A DNA stretch of 64,000 nt, taken from positions 96,001-160,000 of the forward strand of contig JBHJHA010000011.1 in the NCBI GenBank assembly GCA_050331235.1, in the 5' to 3' direction. Source of the DNA: Leptolyngbyaceae cyanobacterium (GTDB lineage Bacteria > Cyanobacteriota > Cyanobacteriia > Phormidesmidales > Phormidesmidaceae). This document shows positions 31,209-41,789 of the stretch, one piece after another; the first letter of the stretch is position 1, and each line of letters starts with the position of its first letter. The translations under genes and the position numbers were made by a program. Under the pieces are notes generated by a model. That model was given only the letters and a program-made list of their open reading frames with translations, had not been told where the DNA came from and made no database searches.

Positions 31209-31778
31209 CTATTGGTTCCAGGGCATCTGAGCTAACAGCATCCCCAAAGCGCAGGTATCAGTAATCCCAGCAAAGACCAGGCCAACACCGACAAAGCCGC
31301 TAAGCAGCAAGAACCAAGGCGATATGAGCGCCCCTAAAATAGTGCCAATCACCACAAATGAACCCGCAACAATTTGTACCTGGCGGAATATACTAATGGG
31401 CGCGTTCTTGCCGGTTTGGGTAGGATAGTTTGCTGCTTCCCAAGCCAGTAATCCGCCTTCTAAATGCGTGACGTTTGAGACTCCCGCCTTGAATAGTTTC
31501 TGGGCGGCCTGAGTAGAGCGAGAGCCAGTTCGACAGTACAAAACAGTCGATTTATCAGCGTCAAAAGGAACACTGTCTGGGTCAAATTTTGACAGTGGCA
31601 TTGGTATCGAACCTGGAATCTTTTTGCCGGCATGCTCAACGGACTCACGCACATCCACTAAATTGACGGATTGCTGATCGAGCCGTTTATTCAGATCTAC
31701 CGGACTCATTTCATACAATTCCTGCTGCCCCACCCAAGGCGATAACGGGCTCGGGTCTGCTTTACTCACACGGGTCAT
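31209..31778 (-). CDS. YgaP-like membrane rhodanese (rhodanese plus DUF2892)
   Basis: LVDVRE, YCRTGSRS, LEGG, RQVQIVAG and GL.FAG...TC..GMLLA.MPWN. Confidence 0.9.
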   Translation of the reverse strand: MTRVSKADPSPLSPWVGQQELYEMSPVDLNKRLDQQSVNLVDVRESVEHAGKKIPGSIPMPLSKFDPDSVPFDADKSTVLYCRTGSRSTQAAQKLFKAGVSNVTHLEGGLLAWEAANYPTQTGKNAPISIFRQVQIVAGSFVVIGTILGALISPWFLLLSGFVGVGLVFAGITDTCALGMLLAQMPWNQ

Positions 31779-31824
31779 TCTCGTCTCCTCATCTAAGTAC
31801 TTGCTAAGAATGAATTGTTGGCAT

Positions 31825-32526
31825 CTAGCTCGTCACAGGTACGCTGCCGCATCGCTCATTAGCCGGAACTGCTTCCATGATCTTCTTTGGATCTGGCAGG
31901 TCCAAATTTTCCATAAACTCAATGAACTGATCACGCGTCCGCCCCGCAAAGCGAGGATTCCACGCCTTTTCTTCGGCAATAGTGGATACGCTATGTCCTC
32001 GATAATCATGGGCCGGATAAACGAGGGTGCTGTCTGGCAGGGAAAACAGGTTTTGAGTCACTGAGTCATAGAGTGTGCCGGCATCACCACTTTGAAAATC
32101 AGTCCGTCCACAGCCTCGGATGAATAAAGCGTCGCCGGTCAGAACTCTGTCACCGTTTACCCAGTACGCCAGATGGCTGTCAGTGTGCCCCAGAGTCGCG
32201 ATCGCTTGAATCTCAACACTGCCAACCTTGAGGCTGTCCCCATGACGCATCAGACGGCTAGCGCAGGAAACTTGAGCATTTTCTGGCACAATCCCCTCAC
32301 AACCTGTCAACTCTCGCAGCTTACCGGCACCCGTAATGTGGTCAGCATGAACATGGGTATCCAAGCAATATTTCAAAGTCAATCCCAACTCATTCAAGAG
32401 CTTGTAGTCTCGCTCCACCTGCTCAAGCACTGGATCGACTAGCGCAGCTTCCTTGGTGTTGAGATCAGCGATCAAATAGGTATAGGTCCAGGTTTCTTGG
32501 TCAAACAATTGCCGGAATAGCATCAC
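31825..32526 (-). CDS. ETHE1-type persulfide dioxygenase (MBL fold)
   Basis: LFRQLFD.ET.TYTYL, DTHVHADHITG, TGDALFIRGCGRTDFQ, YPAHDY and AVPAN..CG. Confidence 0.92.
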   Translation of the reverse strand: MMLFRQLFDQETWTYTYLIADLNTKEAALVDPVLEQVERDYKLLNELGLTLKYCLDTHVHADHITGAGKLRELTGCEGIVPENAQVSCASRLMRHGDSLKVGSVEIQAIATLGHTDSHLAYWVNGDRVLTGDALFIRGCGRTDFQSGDAGTLYDSVTQNLFSLPDSTLVYPAHDYRGHSVSTIAEEKAWNPRFAGRTRDQFIEFMENLDLPDPKKIMEAVPANERCGSVPVTS

Positions 32527-32614
32527 TTTTCACCTCGTTCAATAGAAGCCAAGAGCAGCAGGGTGACAGACAAACCCGCAACCGCCCCTTAAACGCTTCA
32601 ACAATCTCATTATT

Positions 32615-32634
32615 CATCATATCACTATATAGTA
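32615..32634. promoter_or_regulatory. Candidate ArsR operator 1 (upstream of the PDO operon)
   Basis: CATCAT-ATCACTAT-ATAGTA; 15/19 identical to the site at 33421-33439. Confidence 0.6.
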
Positions 32635-32970
32635 ATTTAATTTGCAATCATGCGGTTGTCAAGCGCATCTCTAGGCTCAGCTCCCTTCCCAGACATGCAA
32701 GTATGACTGCTTAACTATGGGGCGAAACACCAACTATCGCCTGTCGTAGATTCAGCCCTAGGTTCACGTATGGCCCCAGGAAAGCTAAGGCTGGACGCCA
32801 AGGCCCCCTCCCTCAAGCGACAATAGATGTCAGCCAACTGCGAGAATTCAGCATTCCTTCCGCCATGGTTCCATGTCACCCAGCCCCAGACATGCCCCTG
32901 ACTTAGCGTGAGCCAAAGCATCCAGTGGGTTGCTATTCACAGCAGATTGGTGAGGGCTTTGACTGGAAAC

Positions 32971-33378
32971 CTAAGGAACTTTTCGCAACTGAGAGAGCTG
33001 TTGGACTCGCTGACTCTGTTGCTCAGCCTGCAGAGTCAGGGCGTCACAAACGAGGTCGCACAACTCAAACAGAAAGGGGTTGGCGATACTGTAGTAAACA
33101 CATACGCCACGCTGTTCTCTAGATACCACCTTGGCTTGAGTCAACATTTTGAGGTGCTTAGACACATTCGCCTGCCCTAACCCCGTTTCCTCAATGATTT
33201 CAGTCACGTTTTTAGCTCCCATCTTGAGAGCACAAACAATTTGCAGCCGACTCACTTCTGACAACACCTTAAAGAAGTCAGCCATCAAGCCCAATGCCTC
33301 TGGAGTGAGTTTGGACATGCTGCGTTCTTCCGATCTGTTTTGAGGGGCAGCGGTGTTATCGGCTAACTTTGTAGGCAT
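32971..33378 (-). CDS. ArsR/SmtB repressor, SqrR/BigR-like
   Basis: FKVLSEVSRLQIVCAL, QANVSKHL and C-terminal ELCDLVC; start at 33378 or 33318. Confidence 0.88.
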   Translation of the reverse strand: MPTKLADNTAAPQNRSEERSMSKLTPEALGLMADFFKVLSEVSRLQIVCALKMGAKNVTEIIEETGLGQANVSKHLKMLTQAKVVSREQRGVCVYYSIANPFLFELCDLVCDALTLQAEQQSQRVQQLSQLRKVP

Positions 33379-33416
33379 AAAAAGGCTTATTAGTCAGTTC
33401 ACAACATGACATTCAT

Positions 33417-33436
33417 TACTATATTACTTCATAGTA
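33417..33436. promoter_or_regulatory. Candidate ArsR operator 2 (autoregulatory)
   Basis: Perfect inverted repeat TACTAT-N8-ATAGTA. Confidence 0.62.
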
Positions 33437-33821
33437 GTTCGGCATGTAAGCAACGCGGCTGTTAGGACCCAACAAACGCATCCCTGAGTCAAAAGGACTT
33501 GGAGCAGATGGGCGTTGTCCCCTACCGCTTGGAGGCACTACGTTGTTTCTCGATGTTTCTAGGACTGTATTAATATCCATGAGCTCCGTGGACCACAGCA
33601 TAGATTGACATTGCAGCTATCGTTAGGCCTCCTTCTACAAACCCAATACACATTCGCCAATGGCGATCGCAGATATCACTGAGGTGGCTGATATCCATAT
33701 AGAAAGCCGCTGAACCCAGACGCTTTGCTAGCGCTTCAGCAAAGCCAATCACCTTTTTGTTGGCAGCGAAATATCCCAGAAAATAAAATATACAATTGAT
33801 GCCAAATTCATTTTTTTGCTA

Positions 33822-34316
33822 ATGATAAATTCAGATTGGATAACGGTAAATGGCTTAGTCAAGCCAGGGCATCAGATTGCTTCAGGCAAATCAGAAAACA
33901 GCCCCTACGAAAAAGGTAGCCTGGAAATTCAGTTGCCTTACTTTCAAAAACTTGGGCTTGATCTTAAAGAGTTTTACTTAGGCACCATCAATGTTTCTAT
34001 CACACCCTACACCTGTGAGCTAGTCAGGCCAAAATTCACCTTTGAGCTAGTCAAATGGCATGCCGACTATCCAGCAGAGACGTTTTCTTTCTCTCCCTGT
34101 ATCGTTGCGCATCATGACAAAAGCTTTCAGGGTCTTGTCTACTATCCGCACCCAGAAACTAAAATCGGGCATTTTCAAGATTCTTCAATTATTGAGGTTA
34201 TTGCGCCTCTTTTTTCGGGAATGGAATATGGCGATCGCTTAACTTTACAACTCAATCCGCAAGAGATTCGGCTAATCAAAAACGAGCACAAAGCAAACGC
34301 GCCATCAAGTTTTTGA
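33822..34316 (+). CDS. Conserved hypothetical protein (riboflavin-kinase-like motifs)
   Basis: G.V.PGH..ASG, Y.GTINVSI, YYPHPETK and IEVIAP. Confidence 0.7.
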   Translation: MINSDWITVNGLVKPGHQIASGKSENSPYEKGSLEIQLPYFQKLGLDLKEFYLGTINVSITPYTCELVRPKFTFELVKWHADYPAETFSFSPCIVAHHDKSFQGLVYYPHPETKIGHFQDSSIIEVIAPLFSGMEYGDRLTLQLNPQEIRLIKNEHKANAPSSF

Positions 34317-34463
34317 CCAGTAGATCGCTGCAACGGTTTTAGGGTTTGACGACCTACCGATCGCAGAATGGATGTCGGTGAGTAGACATTTTGGATCGCA
34401 CTTAAAACTCTATTTCAGCCGCCTGCCTTAACAAGATTGCGTACAAATTTTCAGGAATGAAAG

Positions 34464-35438
34464 ATGACAGAAGCCATTATTTGCTTAGGAGAATGTTTAG
34501 TTGATCGCCTCTTTGAGGTGGGTAAAAATCCCCAACAGACTTCAAAAAAGTGGACCGATTATCCTGGTGGGGCACCGGCTAACGTCGCTACCGCGATCGC
34601 CAAACTCGGCACCCCCACCCGTATGGTGGGCTGCTTGGGTCAAGATCACCTAGGCGACTGGTTGGTTCAAGTCGTAGAAGGCCAAGGCGTTCGGTGCCAG
34701 ATGCAGCGAGTCGCCACGGCCCCAACTCGGATCGTCTTGGTGGAACGGGATGCAACCGGCGATCGCAAGTTTGTAGGCTTTAGCGATCCAGATCCAGCTA
34801 CCTTTGCCGACGCCCAGCTCACCCCCAAATGGATTGACGCTATCGATTTTACTGGAGCGGATTATCTGGTGATGGGCACGCTGGGATTGGCCTACCCCAG
34901 TACGGCTAGGGCGATGAATCGAGCACGGACTAAAGCCCAACAGGCCGGAGCAAAAATTGTCATTGACTTGAACTGGCGTCCAGTGTTTTGGCCCGACGCC
35001 GCGATCGCCGCTGAAACCATCCGGACATTTTTGCCCGCTGCTGATTTACTCAAACTTTCCCTCGAAGAAGCCCAGTGGCTGCTAAATACCGACTCTGCCG
35101 CTGAAGTCTGCCAACAGTTCTCTAATTTGCAGGCGGTACTGCTCACCGATGGAGAAAATGGCAGCACCTGCGCCACGCAACACCACAGCGTATCGCTACC
35201 GGCCTTTGCGGTGGACAGCATCGACACGACCGGAGCTGGAGATGCCTTTTTGGCGGGAATTCTGCAGCAGCTTTGTCAACGTGGTTGGGAGAGCTTGCAG
35301 GTCACTAGTGAGATTGAAGAGATTCTACGGTATGCCAGTGCAGTCGGGGCGTTAACAACGACGAAGCCGGGGGCGATCGCCGCCCAACCGTCCCCCCCTG
35401 AAGTCTATACATTGCTACAGTCCTATTCCTGCAACTAG
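34464..35438 (+). CDS. PfkB-family carbohydrate kinase (fructokinase-like)
   Basis: GGAPANVA, DLNWRP and DTTGAGDAF. Confidence 0.93.
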   Translation: MTEAIICLGECLVDRLFEVGKNPQQTSKKWTDYPGGAPANVATAIAKLGTPTRMVGCLGQDHLGDWLVQVVEGQGVRCQMQRVATAPTRIVLVERDATGDRKFVGFSDPDPATFADAQLTPKWIDAIDFTGADYLVMGTLGLAYPSTARAMNRARTKAQQAGAKIVIDLNWRPVFWPDAAIAAETIRTFLPAADLLKLSLEEAQWLLNTDSAAEVCQQFSNLQAVLLTDGENGSTCATQHHSVSLPAFAVDSIDTTGAGDAFLAGILQQLCQRGWESLQVTSEIEEILRYASAVGALTTTKPGAIAAQPSPPEVYTLLQSYSCN

Positions 35439-35791
35439 ATTTCCCTGCCGTATCATGCCGTCCCAATAAACTACCTGTACAGCGATCGCGAGCCGCAAAC
35501 TGGTGGGTCCCGTTTCAATCGCCGGCTTGCCTATGATGAGAGCCTTTCTGGCACCTCGGACTTTGCATCCTCCTACCCTCCAGATCTGGAGCGGCGGTTG
35601 CCCTCGATACATAAACCAGTTGCCGGCGACAACCTGGAACACCAGCCCTGTCTGACTTGGCCCAGATAGACCGATGCGGGCGACCTTGAGACTGCTAACA
35701 CCAATCAGAGGGCTTGAGTTTTGCTCTAAGGCTCAAACCACAAGCCTTGCAAACATTGCCATACCAGGCTCCCAGGTCAGTCAACGTCGAA

Positions 35792-35864
<73 letters not shown>

Positions 35865-36160
35865 CCACCCAGTCAAGTGTGTTTTCACATCACAAGACTG
35901 ACTCTATTATCTACCCTCTGGCAAAATCAGCAACCATCGAAGGAACTGGTGCAATCGGCCAATAGCAGCTGATGCAAAGTTTCCAGTATTCGTGCTGGCG
36001 AAACGTTGCGATGGGCTAATGTAAGGTATCACTAATGTATGGTTAGTTGCCTTGCTGCTCTCAGCTTTGAGAGTTGCGTTTGCCTAATCAGAATGAGCTG
36101 TCAGGGGCGATCGCCCCTGAAGTTTTCTGAGTTGATACCCCAGACACGAATCGCTGCATC

Positions 36161-36826
36161 ATGTTCATTCTCAAGCGACAGGATGTTGACATTAAGAACG
36201 TTCAGCATCCCAGTAAGGATCAGCCTATTCCTATTTTGTATTATCAGGGGCAAACGTTTCGGCTACTGAGTGTGTTTGCTGCTGCCCAAGAAGAAGAGGC
36301 CATGGCCCTGTGGCGCGACCTGACTGACAACCGAGGTAAAGCCTGCGTATTACTGGAAGAAGCTCAGCGCTTTAGCATCTGGGGTAAAATCCGCCTCGAG
36401 GCCCTGGGTAATGAGGCCGGACAAGAGACGGATCGTCCTGCGGATCAATCTCTGATTCAGGGATGCCTGCTCATTTTGCAAGCGCTGTTCATCGACATTG
36501 AAGACCTCCTCGGCAGCAAACAAGCCAATTTATTTGAGCAAGAAATTGCCAGTGCGTTAATGCAGTGGCGCTTTCCCCATGTGAGCTCGGAAAAAGCCGT
36601 TAGTCATCTCCTCACGATGGATCCTCTGGCTACCCAGGTTCCTCCTTGGGAAGAGCATCACTTGCTGCGTCTACTCGAAGAACTGCATCGATTGGGCAAA
36701 GATGCCTTCGGCAATGCCAACTTTACCGAACGCTCTCTGGATGCTCTGGAAGATTTATCTGCTGGCGATCGCCAGCAGTTCACTTCATGGCTATCGACCT
36801 CGCCCCCTGGCAAGCTGTGGCAGTAA
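36161..36826 (+). CDS. Npun_F0813-like conserved cyanobacterial protein
   Basis: MFILKRQDV.I...QHP....IPIL.YQGQTFRL and WRDLTDNRGKACVLLEE. Confidence 0.8.
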   Translation: MFILKRQDVDIKNVQHPSKDQPIPILYYQGQTFRLLSVFAAAQEEEAMALWRDLTDNRGKACVLLEEAQRFSIWGKIRLEALGNEAGQETDRPADQSLIQGCLLILQALFIDIEDLLGSKQANLFEQEIASALMQWRFPHVSSEKAVSHLLTMDPLATQVPPWEEHHLLRLLEELHRLGKDAFGNANFTERSLDALEDLSAGDRQQFTSWLSTSPPGKLWQ

Positions 36827-37069
36827 TCCAGCTCATCACAAAAGATTCAAGCATTTCTCTCCGAAGCTTTTTCGCACCGTGCCGCTGCAGCCCGCAGTCC
36901 CTAATCAGTCGCTTTATTGCGTGCGGCAGGTTTTTTGCACCAAATTAGCCATATTGAGGTAAAACAAGACCTACAGGCTGCACTGAGGGGTTCACGTTAG
37001 TCATTTAACGGCTGGCGGCAATCCATGCAAAAGTCCTGTTTTGTCGTGTGCTCTGAGGAGACGTTTCCA

Positions 37070-38149
37070 TTGAGCAAGCAGTCTTCTACCACAGCTTCGT
37101 TTTTGTCCAACAACATGCTGATTGTGATTAGCATTGTTTGGGCGTTGATTGCCGTTTCTTGCTTCTTATTTTTTAGCTATTTGCCAGAGGGGGCCGACTC
37201 ACGGCCAGATTGGTATCTCAACAGCATCACCGTGATCGAAACGGGGGCTTTTCTGTTCTCCAGCCTTTTGTGCTTTCGAAACTGGCAGAGTGCGCAAATT
37301 GTCAGCGGTCGTAGCGTCTGGCTGACAATCGCGATAGGGTTGTTACTATACGCCGCTGGCAACCTGTTCTATTATCTCTGGAACAATGTTTTTGGGCTAG
37401 ATCCATCGGTTTCTTTGGGCGACTTTTTCTACCTGTTGTCCTATGTGTTTTTAGCCAACGGCATGCTTCGCGCGGTGTTACCCCGACGGTTAAATCTTGA
37501 CGCTAAGCAGTGGGGGGTGGTGGCGGTGATCGGTGTCTTAGGGATTGCTTTAGCCGTGTTCCCTAGCCTTGGCGGTGGCGGTGACGTGGCGATCGCCCCC
37601 CCGACCTCATTTACCGAAGCGATCGGGCTTGAGGCTCCGGCTTGGGCCCAGGAAACGCCCCCCGCCGAGACGCCCCCCGCTGAACCGGCTCCGGCAGATC
37701 CGGCAGCGCCTGCCCCCGAAACTTCGGCAGATCCGGCTCCGACAGATCCGGTAGCCCCTCCTGATACAGTCCCAGCCGACTCTGCAGCGGTGGAAGCCGC
37801 TGACACGGCCCCCGGCTGGGCTGTCAGTCTGGATGCTTTTTTAGAGCCGTTTGAAGATTTTGTGGGCTATCTCTACATTGCCGGGGACTGTCTGCTGCTT
37901 GTGGTGGCCGCAACCTTGCTCGTAGCCTTTTGGGGCGGCAGATTTTCTCAATCTTGGAAGCTCATCGCGATCGCGGCTTTTTGTCTGTACATTGCCGACA
38001 TGTTTTTTGCCTATCAGGCCAACTACATCGAGGGGGCCGTTTGGGAAGTTTTTTGGACCTTTTCGGCCATTTTCTTTGGGCTGGGGGCCGTGGTTGAAAA
38101 CGCGATTTCAGCCCGATCACGACGTAATCCTCGACGGCGGCGAGCTTAA
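37070..38149 (+). CDS. Polytopic membrane protein with a Pro/Ala/Glu-rich insertion
   Basis: Multiple TM helices, PSVSLGDFFY and FWGGRFSQSW; TTG start after GAGGAG (ATG 37025 is an alternative). Confidence 0.8.
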   Translation: MSKQSSTTASFLSNNMLIVISIVWALIAVSCFLFFSYLPEGADSRPDWYLNSITVIETGAFLFSSLLCFRNWQSAQIVSGRSVWLTIAIGLLLYAAGNLFYYLWNNVFGLDPSVSLGDFFYLLSYVFLANGMLRAVLPRRLNLDAKQWGVVAVIGVLGIALAVFPSLGGGGDVAIAPPTSFTEAIGLEAPAWAQETPPAETPPAEPAPADPAAPAPETSADPAPTDPVAPPDTVPADSAAVEAADTAPGWAVSLDAFLEPFEDFVGYLYIAGDCLLLVVAATLLVAFWGGRFSQSWKLIAIAAFCLYIADMFFAYQANYIEGAVWEVFWTFSAIFFGLGAVVENAISARSRRNPRRRRA

Positions 38150-38796
38150 CCCCATATCATCAGAACTGTCGGCATTGGTCAGTGCCCCTTAATGGGCGAT
38201 TACCCGAGTTCCTCGCGGCTGACCTATTGGGGCCGCCATGGCAATCATTGGACTCAGAGCACAGATCACGGCTCCGCATGTTAGTGCATTTATTCCATTC
38301 AGTTCTGATCTATCAGGCATAAGTCGGTCACAGTCATGCCTGGTCAGCATGCTGGCGATCGCTGGTGGAGAAGCGTCAGGCGAATGTATGGTCTGCATCC
38401 TGGACCTCGCTGATGACTTTGTCTGTGGGCATCGGTTCAAGTTGCTGATGCCAATCGAGTGATGAGCCTAAAGCTCTGGAACATAGACATGAAAAATTGG
38501 CCGTGTCAGCAGCAGCGCCACCTCTATTCAGGGATAGCATTCGAGTCAGGCTTTGACCACAAGTTTGGTTAAACCCTATGCCTTCCCGGAAAAATGCTGA
38601 TAAAACCAGCTCCAATTTCAGCGAACCCGGCAACCAGGGCAACCTTCGCGAGACCGTCATGGGACCGCAAGGGGAAAGAAAAGATTAAGGACAACTGGCG
38701 CAAAATCCACTACGGTAAACAACGAGAACCTTATCCCCCTTGTGGTCGGAAATTAGTTGCCGCAGTTTTCCTCAGCGCAGCCATAGGAGCCCTATC

Positions 38797-39717
38797 GTGA
38801 CCCCTGATAATGAGCCACAATTGGAAAATGACTGGTTAGTGGCTGAACTCCAAGACACCCTCGACGAAGATTATGAGCTCGAGCTCGAAGATGCCCAGCT
38901 CTCCTTAGAAATCAAAAAGATCTATCAAGGCAAACACCAAGACACGCTGCCGCGACAAGATTATTTCTTAAATCTGCTCAAACTGCAGTCAGAGCTGATT
39001 AAAATGCACGACTGGGTTCAGGAGACCAACGCTAAGGTCGCCGTCATTTTTGAGGGGCGAGACTCCGCCGGTAAAGGCGGCGTGATTAAACGCATTACCC
39101 AGCGGTTGAACCCTCGGGTTTGTCGGGTTGTAGCCTTACCTAAACCCACAGAACGGGAACAAACCCAATGGTATTTTCAACGCTATGTGCCCCATCTGCC
39201 CTCCGGCGGAGAAATCGTTCTCTTTGATCGCTCTTGGTATAACCGGGCCGGTGTCGAGCGGGTCATGGGGTTTGCGACCCCCGATCAGGTCGAAGCTTTC
39301 TTCCGTGATGTGGTGGAGTTCGAGCGGATGTTGGTGCGCTCTGGCATCATCTTGATCAAATACTGGTTCTCCATTGCGGATGATGAGCAGCAACTCCGCT
39401 TCTTGATGCGCATCCATGACCCATTGAAACAGTGGAAGCTAAGCCCAATGGATTTGCAGTCTCGGGTACGGTGGGAAGACTACACTAAGGCTAAAGAAGA
39501 GATGTTTGAACGGACTAACATTTCGGAAGCACCTTGGTGGGTGGTGCCTGCCAACGACAAAAAACGGGCCCGTCTCAACTGCATTCAGCATTTGCTCAAC
39601 CAGGTGCCCTACACAGAGGTGCCCCACGAGACGATCCAGCTGCCAAAGCGGGTATTTAATACCGACTATGAACGCCGGACTTTACCAGATGAGCTCTACA
39701 TTCCCGAATTTTTCTAG
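38797..39717 (+). CDS. ppk2: Polyphosphate kinase 2
   Basis: FEGRDSAGKGG, QWYFQRY, LFDRSWYNRAGVERVMG and WKLSPMD; GTG start after AGGAG. Confidence 0.96.
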   Translation: MTPDNEPQLENDWLVAELQDTLDEDYELELEDAQLSLEIKKIYQGKHQDTLPRQDYFLNLLKLQSELIKMHDWVQETNAKVAVIFEGRDSAGKGGVIKRITQRLNPRVCRVVALPKPTEREQTQWYFQRYVPHLPSGGEIVLFDRSWYNRAGVERVMGFATPDQVEAFFRDVVEFERMLVRSGIILIKYWFSIADDEQQLRFLMRIHDPLKQWKLSPMDLQSRVRWEDYTKAKEEMFERTNISEAPWWVVPANDKKRARLNCIQHLLNQVPYTEVPHETIQLPKRVFNTDYERRTLPDELYIPEFF

Positions 39718-40483
39718 CTTATACCCAAGAACTATTTGAGTCACGTTAGCTCTGGTGATGAGGATAAAAGACTGCGATCGCGCCCACCCCGCTAGCAGTC
39801 TTTGTCCTCTGACCGCAAAACTCAACAGTCAAGATTGTCAGTCAAAACTGGAGTGAAGTCTAGCCAATGGACTGGGGCTGAGGAAAACGGCCTCACGGCT
39901 TGCCATGCTTAGGAGTTGAATATGTCACGGGAAAAGTCTTTGTTCACTTGTCCCATGTGCTCAGCATAGACAACCATGCCGCCCCGAGCCGCCCGTTCTA
40001 GCTTGGCAATCGCGTTAGACGAGACTGAGCAGTCGTACGTGTTGATCTCAATCTGATCGCCAAATGTAGCAGCGCATTCCTCCACTCGGCGGTGCCACAC
40101 ACACGTCCAGACATCCAAATCAGCGGTAAATCACCAATTGCACTTTGATCGGGCATCAGTTCCCCGAGATACTCTACGTCACCAATTTTATCCAATGAGG
40201 CCATTGAGTCGTCCCGGTTAATCTCAGCCCACAAATACCGCGATCGACCGGAGTAAGCCAAGTCAGTTTGACTAAATTGCGTTCGGTTTCACCTTCACAG
40301 TGACTACGAACAACGATAGCTCTCGCACCATCCCCAATTTGTTAATAACTGATACAGGATAGATGAGGAATTGCGTCTAAAGTAGGGTATCGACAGTCGC
40401 AAAAACGTTTAGCAATTTCCAATCGGTTCTCTAGTTCATCCTGATAAAAGCAGCATTCCTAATATCAGACGAGGATTCACAAT

Positions 40484-40912
40484 ATGACTTTATTTTCTAG
40501 CGACAGTGTACTAGTGCCTATGGACTTTTCCGATGATGCCATCAAAGCACTGAAAAACACTTTGGAATTCATAGACGATCCTCAGAAAATTCACGTTCTT
40601 AACGTTTTGCCATCGCTTGAGGCAACTGAACCAGGGGTTATCTGGCAAACCGTTGACACCGACACTCGGGTCAAAAAAGTCGAAGAAACCTATCAATCGC
40701 ACTTTCCCGAAGCCCCCTATCGGGACATGACATTTACTATTAAGATTGGCAACCCTAGCTCAGAAATCATCGACTATGCTAAGCAAAATGATATTGGTTT
40801 GATTGTTATTCCTTCCAGTGGCAAAGCTGGTTTATCAAGATTTTTTATGGGTTCTGTCGCCGAGAAGGTTGTGCGGTTTTCCCACTGCCCAGTGCTGGTT
40901 ATTCGCGAATAG
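40484..40912 (+). CDS. Universal stress protein
   Basis: VLVPMDFS, GNPS.EI and FFMGSVAEKVVR.SHCPVLV. Confidence 0.92.
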   Translation: MTLFSSDSVLVPMDFSDDAIKALKNTLEFIDDPQKIHVLNVLPSLEATEPGVIWQTVDTDTRVKKVEETYQSHFPEAPYRDMTFTIKIGNPSSEIIDYAKQNDIGLIVIPSSGKAGLSRFFMGSVAEKVVRFSHCPVLVIRE

Positions 40913-41553
40913 CCTGTAGCCTACAGTTCTGGTTGAAAGAACAGCATTTCTTCGGCAAATAGGGACGCTCTATAGGGTTGTTGCCAAGATCTTTGAGTTT
41001 GCCTAAAACAGACCTTACAAGTTCTTTTTTTTAGTATTTTCGACCAGCGCGACTGACTCATCATCTGGATCAGCCATTGCTATGAGCAGCTATCAGAGGC
41101 ATTAGGCAACCTGATTTTTGCCCTGCATTTTCAGGCGCAAGAATTTTCTGAGTCGGCATTGCCGCCAATGCCCAACTTCTAAACTCAGATCAATATGGCT
41201 TTGCGAACAGTGGGGTGCTCTCTTCTCACTTTTTCACCTGCGTAGACGACGGGCATACAGTTGGCGATCGCCACAACCCGAACAGGATGCAACTCTCCAC
41301 TGCTACCCCGCTAATTTCCCCGAGCTGCCTCTGTTGACATTCTCGCAAGTGGGCAAAGATAGACCTGTAGAAGACCACTAAATCACGACTTCTACCCATT
41401 TCGCCAGCCTTAATTTCGATACCCGCTCGGGTCGATTGAACCGGTATGTAGCTTTTGCATGGATGCTATCGACGTTAGCGTTTGTCGTTCAAAGTCGGAA
41501 TTCCTAGGATCAAGACAGATCGAAAGACCAAAAATTTTTGACTGGAGCACATT

Positions 41554-41754
41554 ATGTTTTGGCTCTCTATATTGAATCTCGCACCAGAACTTGAGGAAAT
41601 TTCCCAGGATGCATCCCCGTACGCATTCATCAAAAAGTTCTGGCGCTTTTGCAATACCTACGGTGAATATCAGTCGTTACCACCGAGTCAACGTCGTCAG
41701 TTTATCTGTACACAGACCCACGACTCAGCAGCGAGTCCCTCAGAGCCGTGCTGA
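41554..41754 (+). CDS. Small hypothetical protein
   Basis: 66-aa ATG ORF with GGAG upstream, convergent with the symporter gene. Confidence 0.5.
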   Translation: MFWLSILNLAPELEEISQDASPYAFIKKFWRFCNTYGEYQSLPPSQRRQFICTQTHDSAASPSEPC

Positions 41755-41789
41755 AACATTGGCAACAACGGAGGCACGAGACGCGGGGT

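Noticed and set aside
38189..38796. Small ORFs or an ncRNA upstream of ppk2
   Set aside because: The short ORFs conflict across both strands and lack motifs or a recognisable RNA family signature.
39909..40261. Two overlapping minus-strand ORFs read as a frameshifted pseudogene
   Set aside because: Both have TTG starts and no recognisable family motifs, so I cannot support a call.
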